From Desulfosoma sp. (GTDB taxonomy: Bacteria; Desulfobacterota; Syntrophobacteria; Syntrophobacterales; DSM-9756): a DNA stretch of 10,644 bases. The notes under the pieces are model-generated. The model worked only from the letters and a program-made list of their open reading frames with translations, did no database searches and had not been told where the DNA came from. The position numbers and the translations under genes are program-made. The DNA is taken from NCBI GenBank assembly GCA_037481835.1, contig JBBFKW010000029.1:1-10644 (forward strand), given 5' to 3'. Below are positions 1 to 9,114 of the stretch, one piece after another (position 1 is the first letter of the stretch; the number at the start of each line of letters is the position of its first letter).

Positions 1-97
1 TGATGATCGCCCATATCGACAAGAAGCGGGAAGCCTTGGGGATCATGGGCCCGCGGGAACGCAAGCTCTTCGATATGGCCGACCGCCGCGCCCTGGA

Positions 98-101
<4 letters not shown>
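1..101 (+). CDS. cooS: 3' end (partial) of probable anaerobic carbon-monoxide dehydrogenase catalytic subunit
   Basis: Frame from nt 3 reads MIAHIDKKREALGIMGPRERKLFDMADRRALD* (TAG 99-101). This matches from memory the C-terminal HIDKKRxALGI...RERxLFDMxxRR tail of deltaproteobacterial Ni-CODH. Only 32 aa are visible. Confidence 0.7.
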
Positions 102-2155
<2,054 letters not shown>

Positions 2156-2156
2156 G

Positions 2157-2855
2157 TCATAACCTCTCATCGTCCGAGCGTGGCGGCGGATCGAAACGAT
2201 CCACGCTGACCGAAAATTCCTCACCGGCCGAAGGCCGGACGGTGTAAATGCGATCGGCGTGTTCGCGGAAAAGATCGATGTTGTGGTGACTGATGACCAG
2301 CACCTGAAACCCCAGCTTGTGGGCGATGGTGTGCACGATCCCCATGAGGCGCGGGACCAGATCGGGCCTCAGCCAGCAGTCCTGTTCGTCCAGCACGAGA
2401 AAGCGCCGGTGTTCCCGTTCGTCCAATTGGGACAGCGCGATGAACCGAAGCCCGACCGAAAGGACATTGCACACGGATCCGCCCTGGCCCCGCAGGATGT
2501 CTTCCGGCATCCCGTCCCGCTCGATCCCGAACTGGATATGCACCTTCCCGTACTTCACGTCCCGGGACGTGACCACGCGGAGATCCTGGCCCAGGATATC
2601 CTGTAGGGCGAAGGTGAGGTTGGTTTCAATTTCTTTGAGGATATCGCCGAAATAGGCCCTGGCCAGTTCCTCCAGGCGCTGCGCCGCGGCAGGCTGCACG
2701 GCCAGGAAGTCTTCCTCGGCCCGCAGCTCTTCGAGCTTCCGGAGCCGTTCCTTTTCCAACGCCTGTGCTCGCCACTGAAGGGCCGTCACCCGGTCCCTGA
2801 AGTCTTTCGGGGGTGGCGGTTCCCAAGCGTGGCTCAGGCTTTCTTTTTCAGTCAT
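2157..2855 (-). CDS. C-terminal half of a split SbcC/Rad50/SMC-like ABC ATPase
   Basis: N-terminal helical segment, then signature-position motif ILRGQGGS, Walker B FLVLDE, D-loop region QDCWL, H-switch VLVISH and a terminal ADRIYTV strand. No Walker A. ATGA overlap (2852-2855) with the upstream gene. Confidence 0.85.
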   Translation of the reverse strand: MTEKESLSHAWEPPPPKDFRDRVTALQWRAQALEKERLRKLEELRAEEDFLAVQPAAAQRLEELARAYFGDILKEIETNLTFALQDILGQDLRVVTSRDVKYGKVHIQFGIERDGMPEDILRGQGGSVCNVLSVGLRFIALSQLDEREHRRFLVLDEQDCWLRPDLVPRLMGIVHTIAHKLGFQVLVISHHNIDLFREHADRIYTVRPSAGEEFSVSVDRFDPPPRSDDERL

Positions 2856-3199
2856 GAAGCCGGCTCCGTATCCGCCTGCGCTTCGATGCGCTCCAGGGCG
2901 TCTTTGATGGAGGCGATGTGTTCCTCATAGGCGGCCACTTTCTGCGCGTTTTCTTCCCGCCAGCGGGCCAGCAAGGCCTTGAGCTCCTCTACGTCGCTCG
3001 TGCCGTATTCTTCTTCAGCGCGTCTTTTCAGATCTTCCAGCTGTTCTTTGAGATTCTGAAGGGTCGTGTCGGTTTCGATCTTTTTCTTCTGCAGGGCATC
3101 GTGTTCCTTGCGGAGCTTTTCCAGGGCTTCTTGAATTTTCTTGTCTTCCGCCGGAACGGTTTGGGTGTTCGACCCCGAGCGATCAGGCTTTGGCGACAC
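2852..3199 (-). CDS. Small coiled-coil protein (~115 aa), accessory subunit of the split SbcCD-like operon
   Basis: Heptad-like E/K/L-rich helices either side of a YGTSD turn. Start reassigned to GTG 3199 (GAGGAGG 9 nt upstream); the track's extension to 3349 overlaps the nuclease gene and looks non-coding. Confidence 0.8.
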   Translation of the reverse strand: MSPKPDRSGSNTQTVPAEDKKIQEALEKLRKEHDALQKKKIETDTTLQNLKEQLEDLKRRAEEEYGTSDVEELKALLARWREENAQKVAAYEEHIASIKDALERIEAQADTEPAS

Positions 3200-4178
3200 G
3201 GTCCATGACCTCCTCGTAGAGTTTCCAAATGATGGGCGTTGCGGGATCCTGGGGATCCAGGTTGGCTTCCAAAAAGGCCTTAAGACCCACGCCTTCCGTG
3301 GTTTTCCGAAGGGCGAGGTTTTCCAGGCCGCGGATGAAGCGCGACGCATCCGGCGTCTCGTCCGCAGCCGTCAGGGCGTCGTCCATGGGCGGAAACACTT
3401 CGTCGAAAGGGGCGTGAGGGACGTCGAGACGAGCGGGTTCCGGCATGTCCGGGGTCCAGAGGGCGGCGGCGGGTCGGACGGCTCGCGTGACGCCGCTTCG
3501 GGTGATACGGGTGAGGCTCCCCGGGTTGACCCACAAGGTGCTTCCGCGCCGTTGCGGGGGTTTGGGGGTGTGGATGTGCCCGTTGACGACGAGGTCCACG
3601 CCGGGAATTTCCCGAAGGGCGATGCGGCCGGCGTCGTAATCGGGAAAGCTCACGTTGTGATGCGTCACCCACACGACCACGTCGTGCCCGCACGGGTCCA
3701 CGGCTGAAGGAATGTCCGTCCAATCGGGGGAGGCTCCCAGGAGCACACGCGTGGATCCGCATTGGAGGCTCGCTGCCGGACCGGGCCGATCCAGAAGGAC
3801 GATCACGCGGGCGGCGTCCAGGACAGCCAGGGACACGTCCCGGGTCAGGCGGGCTTCGTGTTTGTCGTGGTTTCCCACGAGCACCCACGGCTTCACGGGC
3901 CGGAACAGGTCCATGAGTTCCACGAGAAGGCCGTTGGGATTATCCCGGGGCACATGAAAGAGATCCCCGAGAATCACTGGAAGGAGCCGGCGTTTCGCGG
4001 ATTCGCGAAGGCAGAAGTCCAGCTTGCCGAGGACGGCCGTCCTGTAGTCGTCCATGCGATGTCCCGGGGGATAGGCGGCCACGTGGGGGTCCCCGATGAA
4101 AAGGATGCCGCGAAAGCCTTCCATGACGGGGAGCGAACCGCCGCCGCCGTTTCCGGTTGCGCCGTTTCGTTCAGCCAT
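3183..4178 (-). CDS. Mre11/SbcD-like calcineurin-fold metallophosphoesterase (putative nuclease)
   Basis: All five motifs are present: IGDPH, LGDLFH, VGNHD, THH, NGHIH, followed by NPGSLTR typical of SbcD/Mre11. GGAGG RBS; 8-nt overlap with the upstream stop. Confidence 0.9.
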   Translation of the reverse strand: MAERNGATGNGGGGSLPVMEGFRGILFIGDPHVAAYPPGHRMDDYRTAVLGKLDFCLRESAKRRLLPVILGDLFHVPRDNPNGLLVELMDLFRPVKPWVLVGNHDKHEARLTRDVSLAVLDAARVIVLLDRPGPAASLQCGSTRVLLGASPDWTDIPSAVDPCGHDVVVWVTHHNVSFPDYDAGRIALREIPGVDLVVNGHIHTPKPPQRRGSTLWVNPGSLTRITRSGVTRAVRPAAALWTPDMPEPARLDVPHAPFDEVFPPMDDALTAADETPDASRFIRGLENLALRKTTEGVGLKAFLEANLDPQDPATPIIWKLYEEVMDRVAKA

Positions 4179-5736
4179 GGTCGGCCTCCAGGAAATGCTC
4201 GGCGTCTATGGGTTGGCGGCAAAAGGGGCACAGGGGCATGGCGGCGATCAGTTCTTGAACGGCCTGGCGTTTTTCTTCCAGCTGCCGATCCAGGCTTTCC
4301 TGCTGATGGTGCAGGCGTTCCCATTGGCGGTGGAGCCTTTCCAGGGGATCGAGGATCCGAAGGATGGGTTCCAGATCCTTCAAGGGCGGAGGCGGGTCGA
4401 GGGAATCCAGGCGCCGCCGTTTCATTTCCAAAACGTCCACGGCGTGCTGGAAGGTTTCCAAGGCGGCCGTCGTTCGGATCAAGTCGTGGGGATCGCGAAC
4501 CTCGGGAGGCGGACTCAGGCGGTTCAATTCCTGGCATTTGGCCTGAGCGGTGTCCAGGGATCGGCGCAGGGATTCCATTGTTTCGCTGGTTCGGGCCAGA
4601 TCCTGTACGGGACGAAGTTCGGGCGGCGTTTCCAGGGGTTCCATGGCCCGCCTTCGGTGCTCTTCCCGGTGCCGGCGCCCGACGGTTTCTTCCATCCGTC
4701 GGGTGAGGTGCGCCAAGGTGGCCGTATCCCGAAGGGGCGGTGGAGGTTCCGTTCGGTTGTAGACCGCCGCTTGGAAGGAAAGGCGGGAGACGCTGCGGTC
4801 CATGCGGCCGAGGGCTTCGAGCAGGCCGTCGAGTCGGGCCGTCTCTTTGAGGGGCGGCGGGGCGTCCAAGGGGGTGAGGGCGGCTGCGGCGCGTTCGGTT
4901 TTGTCGAGCAGGGCGAAAATATTGTGGAGCTTTTCCAGGGCGGCGTGCAGAGGGGGCACGTCGTGGAGCCGAGGGGGTGTTTGAAGGCTTTCCAGTTCGA
5001 GGGATGCCTGGGACAAGGTGCGCGACCGATCCAAGAGGCTTTGGGCTCGCCGGATCACGGCGTCCAGAGCCGGCATGGCCCGGCGCAAAGTTTCGATCCG
5101 CTTGTGGAGCGCCTCGGCTTCGTCCATGGTTTGGGCGATCTGAGGCAGAGCCTCGAAGGCGGCCAGATTGTTTTCGATTCTTTGGATGGCTTCCTGGAGC
5201 CGCTTGCGTTCCCTCTGGGCTTGGGCGGCGCGTTCCTTGAGGGCCTGCTGCATGGCCAGGAGGTATTCGGCTTCCGTGGATGCCGCGAAGAACCCGGCGG
5301 CTTGGCTTCCCGACTGGTCCAAAAGGAAGATGGGGGTGCGCTGATTGCCGATGTGGACGTCCACGGAGCCGGATTCGGTTTCCAGGCTGTGGAGGCGAAG
5401 CAGCCGGCGGATGTCGTCGGGCACAACCCCGCGGCCGACCTTGGCGTAGGTTTCTTCCGTCCCGTCGGGAAAACGCGCCCGGTAGACGACCGATCCCGCC
5501 GTCCGTTCCCATTGGATCCAGGCGCCGTCGTCCAGCTCCAGGCGCACCACGGCCTTGTCCGCCCCGTGGCGGATGAGCGGCGCCGACGGCGGGTTTTCCG
5601 CCACACAGCGGATCGCTTCCACCACGGCGCTTTTGCCCGTGTTGTTCGGTCCCGTGAGGACCGTGACGCCCCGGTGCAGGTCCAACACCGTATGGCGGTG
5701 GGTCATGAAGTTTTCGATGACGAGTCGATGGATCAT
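4171..5736 (-). CDS. N-terminal half of a split SbcC/Rad50-like ATPase ending in a CxxC zinc-hook motif
   Basis: MIHRLVIENFMTH start typical of SMC/SbcC, Walker A GPNNTGKS (5629-5652), Q-loop-like HIGNQ, long helical arm, and CPFC (4219-4230) 15 aa before the stop. No signature or Walker B. ATG 5736 has a GAGG RBS; 5769 is the alternative start. Confidence 0.88.
   Translation of the reverse strand: MIHRLVIENFMTHRHTVLDLHRGVTVLTGPNNTGKSAVVEAIRCVAENPPSAPLIRHGADKAVVRLELDDGAWIQWERTAGSVVYRARFPDGTEETYAKVGRGVVPDDIRRLLRLHSLETESGSVDVHIGNQRTPIFLLDQSGSQAAGFFAASTEAEYLLAMQQALKERAAQAQRERKRLQEAIQRIENNLAAFEALPQIAQTMDEAEALHKRIETLRRAMPALDAVIRRAQSLLDRSRTLSQASLELESLQTPPRLHDVPPLHAALEKLHNIFALLDKTERAAAALTPLDAPPPLKETARLDGLLEALGRMDRSVSRLSFQAAVYNRTEPPPPLRDTATLAHLTRRMEETVGRRHREEHRRRAMEPLETPPELRPVQDLARTSETMESLRRSLDTAQAKCQELNRLSPPPEVRDPHDLIRTTAALETFQHAVDVLEMKRRRLDSLDPPPPLKDLEPILRILDPLERLHRQWERLHHQQESLDRQLEEKRQAVQELIAAMPLCPFCRQPIDAEHFLEADHG
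4294..4995 (-). repeat. Six tandem 39-aa (117-nt) degenerate protein repeats within the ATPase arm
   Basis: Units begin LESLQTPPRLHD, LTPLDAPPPLKE, YNRTEPPPPLRD, MEPLETPPELRP, LNRLSPPPEVRD, LDSLDPPPPLKD at an exact 39-residue spacing (counted by hand). Confidence 0.9.
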
Positions 5737-5768
5737 GGGCGTCCTCGGATTGGCCCCCCTCGTGTCCA

Positions 5769-5797
5769 TCTATACTTGGTCGGGCAAGCCATGTAAA
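5769..5797 (-). promoter_or_regulatory. Possible sigma70 promoter for the split-SbcCD operon
   Basis: Minus strand TTTACA-N17-TATAGA. Good -35 and spacing, but the -10 lacks the conserved final T. Confidence 0.3.
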
Positions 5798-5865
5798 CTG
5801 GTTGCGCCGGGAACGAGGAAAATCGAAGGATCGCGATCCACTGCCGCGGAAAGGAATGCATTTCC

Positions 5866-6921
5866 ATGGAAAAGACCAACGCCGAAGCACGCCCTCTGTC
5901 TTTCACCCAACCCAACGAAGGCGTGGACGAGCTCATCGAAAGGCTCATGGACGAAGCCGGCGGGGTGCAGCATCGACCCCTGGTTCGGGAAATGATCCTG
6001 GCGGCCCTCAAGGCCGGCCAGGAAAGCCGCTCCATCCTGGACCTCAAGCTCATGAACACCACCCTCAAAGAAATGCGCTTTACGGCCAAGGTGTTCGCGC
6101 CCTATCGCCATGTGCGGAAAGTCACCGTGTTCGGTTCCGCTCGAACCCCCGCCCACGAACCCATTTACGCCATGGCGAGGGATTTCGGCAGATGTCTTGC
6201 GGAAGCCGGGTTTATGGTCATCACGGGCGGAGGCCCCGGGATCATGCAGGCGGCCAACGAAGGTGCGGGCCCTGAGCATTCTTTTGGGGTCAATATCCGG
6301 CTGCCGTTCGAGCAGACGACGAACCCGGTGGTGAACCAGACGCCCCGATCCATCACGTACAAGTATTTTTTCAACCGCAAGGTGGCGTTTCTTAAAGAGG
6401 CGGCTGCGGTGGCGCTGTTTCCCGGAGGGTTCGGCACGCTGGATGAAACGATGGAAACGCTGACCCTGCTCCAGACGGGAAAGCACAATCCCATTCCCCT
6501 GGTGCTTCTGGAAGAACCCGACGGCACCTATTGGGTGCGCTGGATGCGTTTCCTGGAAGACGAACTCTTGTCCAGGGGGCTTATTTCCCCGAACGATTTC
6601 TACCTGTTTCGGCGCATCCCGTCGGTGGACGGGGCGGTGGACGAGATCCGCCGATTTTACAGGCGCTATCACAGCCTGCGCTATGTCAAGGAAAGCCTGA
6701 TCCTTAGACTTTCCGAACCGCTGCCGGAAGGCGTCGAAGGGCGACTTAACCGGGAATTTCAAGACATCCTGAGGCCCGGCGGGACGATCCGGATCGGCCC
6801 GCCCCACGAAGACGAAAAGGATGAGCCCGACTGCGCCCGCCTCACGCACCTTTACATGGATTTCAACCGGCGCGATTTCGGCCGGCTCCGCCAGCTCATC
6901 GATGCCGTAAACAATGCCTGA
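5866..6921 (+). CDS. LOG (SLOG superfamily) nucleotide phosphoribohydrolase-like protein, long form
   Basis: VTVFGSAR, ITGGGPGIMQAANEGA, YFFNRK and the diagnostic PGGFGTLDE motif. Confidence 0.9.
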   Translation: MEKTNAEARPLSFTQPNEGVDELIERLMDEAGGVQHRPLVREMILAALKAGQESRSILDLKLMNTTLKEMRFTAKVFAPYRHVRKVTVFGSARTPAHEPIYAMARDFGRCLAEAGFMVITGGGPGIMQAANEGAGPEHSFGVNIRLPFEQTTNPVVNQTPRSITYKYFFNRKVAFLKEAAAVALFPGGFGTLDETMETLTLLQTGKHNPIPLVLLEEPDGTYWVRWMRFLEDELLSRGLISPNDFYLFRRIPSVDGAVDEIRRFYRRYHSLRYVKESLILRLSEPLPEGVEGRLNREFQDILRPGGTIRIGPPHEDEKDEPDCARLTHLYMDFNRRDFGRLRQLIDAVNNA

Positions 6922-7043
6922 CTGTGGATGGCTTTACCCACGCTGCGGGCCAGCATGAGCCCCGTCAGTTCATCCAAGTTGCCAAAGAAGCCCGACTCCA
7001 ATGCCCGATCCCGGCTCTTGAACCGCCGCCTGCGGAAATCATC

Positions 7044-7466
7044 GCCCCGACGGGGCCGAACCCCCATTCCCATCCCCGAAGGGGCCGAAACACCCCTGTG
7101 CCATAGCCCCGAAGGGGCGAAACATTCCAGCCCAGGGCGAAGCCCTGGGAGGCTGTCCGAGAACGAACCCGAAGGCCTCTTCTCCTGGGAGCGCGGGCCT
7201 CCGGCCCGCACGAAAAGCGGGCGAGACGCCCGCCCTCCCAGGAATATGCCATTCTCGGACACGCTCCTGGGGTCCAGGGGCATCCCCCCACCAGCCAGCC
7301 CCGAAGGGGCGAAGGAAGGCCGGGTTTGGCAATCGGCGTCCTCACCTCGCGCGCGGTTTCCATCGGTGTTTGAGAGAGAGCGGCACGGGAGAAGGTCGTC
7401 CTCGCCTCGCGGGCGTTGGGCCCGGGGGCGATACCCGGGCTGTGTTCCTGTGCCCCTTCGGGGCAC
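7044..7466. repeat. Cluster of REP-like palindromes between convergent genes
   Basis: GCCCC-GAA-GGGGC-type hairpins at 7044-7056, 7074-7084, 7106-7118, 7298-7310 and inverted at 7452-7464. Also CCCAGGGC-GAA-GCCCTGGG at 7131-7149 and a second REP doublet at 7183-7243. Confidence 0.8.
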
Positions 7467-7598
7467 TATGGGGCAAAAGCCCCCCTCCTTCCCAAACAAC
7501 CCCTGGAAATCGGTTTCCCCTTCGGCTTGAAATTCCATCCCCAAAAATCTGCCGGGCACCAGTCCCTGCGCGACTCCCGCAATCGCCGAAGGCACCCC

Positions 7599-8372
7599 CT
7601 ACTTCCCTCCAGCCTCTCCTACGGGATAGTTCCCCGCGAGCTTTTGAAGAAACCCCTCCACCTTTGCCCCAACCCCTCGATTTTCCGCCAGGTATCGACA
7701 CCTCAGGGTGACCATGGGGCCTTGCGGCGTGATCCTCGGATAGAGCCCGATTTCCACGCCGGGCTGTTCCGTCACGAAGCGCTCCACCTCTTCCGCGATG
7801 TCCCCCTCGGAAACCTTCAGCGTGAGCTCCACAACCCGCCGTTCTCTTAGCCCCGGGCTCCCGAAGAGCCGCGTCAGGGTTTCTTCCGCCATGGGCCGGA
7901 GCATCTCTGGAAAGCCGGGAAAGGCATACACCGGCTCCACGAAAAAGCCCGGAGCGCCGATGGGGTTGTCGATGAGCCGCGCCCCTTGGGGAAGCCACGC
8001 CATCCTTTGGCGCTGCGCCGTAAACCGGTCCCCGTATCGTCGAGCCAACCGTTCGAAACATTCCTCGTGCTTCACAAGCGGTCGGCCCAATCCCAAGGCG
8101 ATCCCCTTACGGGTTCTGTCGTCATGAGTGCCGCCGATGCCGCCGGAGACGAATATGGGCCGATAGCCTTTCGCGACGAGTGTTGCCGTGTGATCGCCGA
8201 TCACGGCCTCATCATCGGGAAGGATCAAAGCGACGCCTGCCGGAATGCCATACCGGACAAAGGCCTGAAGCAGCCACACGAGATTGTCGTTGGCCCTTTC
8301 CCCGTAGAGCACTTCATGGCCCACGGTGACCACGGCCGGCTTGGCCGCAATGCTCCCCATCTCCCCGCCCAT
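7599..8372 (-). CDS. CinA N-terminal / molybdopterin-binding-fold protein (COG1058), without a PncC domain
   Basis: VTVGHEVLYG..NDN, LPDD, SGGIGGTHDDRT, RMAWLP.GA..IDNP.GAPGF and FPGFPEM motifs; 257 aa. Start may be 8360. Confidence 0.85.
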   Translation of the reverse strand: MGGEMGSIAAKPAVVTVGHEVLYGERANDNLVWLLQAFVRYGIPAGVALILPDDEAVIGDHTATLVAKGYRPIFVSGGIGGTHDDRTRKGIALGLGRPLVKHEECFERLARRYGDRFTAQRQRMAWLPQGARLIDNPIGAPGFFVEPVYAFPGFPEMLRPMAEETLTRLFGSPGLRERRVVELTLKVSEGDIAEEVERFVTEQPGVEIGLYPRITPQGPMVTLRCRYLAENRGVGAKVEGFLQKLAGNYPVGEAGGK

Positions 8373-8476
8373 GCACGGTGCCCCCTAATTCCTGTCAATC
8401 GGTGTGCCTCTTTGAAGGTCTGCTCATCTCGCGATTGCCAGGAAAAATCTTAGAACGGGACGGCGAAAAAATCTTC

Positions 8477-8504
8477 TAAAGTTTTTTCTCCACCCTTCCG
8501 AGAA
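8477..8504 (+). promoter_or_regulatory. Candidate sigma28 (FliA/SigD) promoter
   Basis: TAAAGTTT-N12-TCCGAGAA versus consensus TAAAGTTT-N11/12-GCCGATAA (8/8 and 6/8), 52 nt upstream of the 8557 ATG. Confidence 0.45.
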
Positions 8505-8556
8505 TTCAAGGGGTGAAGCGAATGTCCAACAGAATTCCAAAAAAGGAGGCTGCGCC

Positions 8557-9114
8557 ATGAGAAAAAGCACGGGATTGAGGACTCATCGGGTCTTCGGAGC
8601 GATAGGACTTTTCCTTGCGGTGATCGTCGCCACGTCCGTTTCGGCCAAGGACTACAAGCAGTGCGTGATCCTGGACATCCAAAAGCCGTCCAACAAGGTT
8701 GTCTATTCCGAGGACAACGCCACGGATACCGTTGTCTTGGATTCCAAGATGCTCTTCTTTACCACAGGCGACAACTTCAACGTCGTCGTCTCCAACAAGT
8801 GCAAGGAGCAGGGGGAGCTCTACGTGACGGTTGAAGTGCCGGGCCAACAGGCGGGAAGCGTAAGCAAATATTATCACTACCTGGACTCCACCGCTGGTGG
8901 ATTGCCGGCCATGGCCTTGCAGACGGACAAGAAAGCCTTTGCGGAAGACTTCCCAAAAGGGGCATCCACAACCCTGTGGTCGTTTGTCGTCCCTGAAAGC
9001 TTGTCCTTTGCCGGACCCGTCGTTTTCCAGGCGCACCTCGTATACCCGGACACGGGAAAGACCATCGGATTCGACGCCAAAACCGTTTACATCAACTTCG
9101 GAATCGATCCCTAA
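8557..9114 (+). CDS. Secreted hypothetical protein with Sec signal peptide
   Basis: AAGGAGG RBS; basic N-region, hydrophobic h-region, VSA|KD cleavage site; beta-rich mature region with two Cys. No family recognised. Confidence 0.8.
   Translation: MRKSTGLRTHRVFGAIGLFLAVIVATSVSAKDYKQCVILDIQKPSNKVVYSEDNATDTVVLDSKMLFFTTGDNFNVVVSNKCKEQGELYVTVEVPGQQAGSVSKYYHYLDSTAGGLPAMALQTDKKAFAEDFPKGASTTLWSFVVPESLSFAGPVVFQAHLVYPDTGKTIGFDAKTVYINFGIDP

Noticed and set aside
2157..5736. Calling the cluster a frameshifted sbcC pseudogene, or Wadjet/Lamassu/DndD
   Set aside because: An intact nuclease gene lies between the halves and junctions are cleanly coupled. No kleisin, KITE, Toprim or dnd partner genes are visible, and those systems use single-chain ATPases.
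5737..5865. LexA/SOS box upstream of the nuclease operon
   Set aside because: No convincing match to the CTGT-N8-ACAG or GAAC-N4-GTTC boxes, and no clear palindrome.
3974..5890. Long alternative ORFs (566 aa +, 638 aa -) overlapping the ATPase N-half, and similar ones over the kinase, LOG and PfkB genes
   Set aside because: They are antisense or off-frame shadows expected in high-GC DNA, with skewed (often R/P/G-rich) composition and no recognisable motifs.
6925..7043. Protein-like minus-strand fragment DDFRRRRFKSRDRALESGFFGNLDELTGLMLARSVGK as a gene remnant
   Set aside because: No family recognised and no clear boundaries; a tblastx search would be needed.
7044..7118. Possible mini-CRISPR (three CCCCGAAGGGGC-like units about 30 nt apart)
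   Set aside because: Repeats are only ~13-17 nt, spacers are too short, another copy is inverted, and no cas genes are present; REP-like origin fits better.
6852..7595. 200-247 aa ORFs spanning the palindrome cluster
   Set aside because: Low-complexity translations of GC-rich hairpins with no recognisable domain or convincing RBS.
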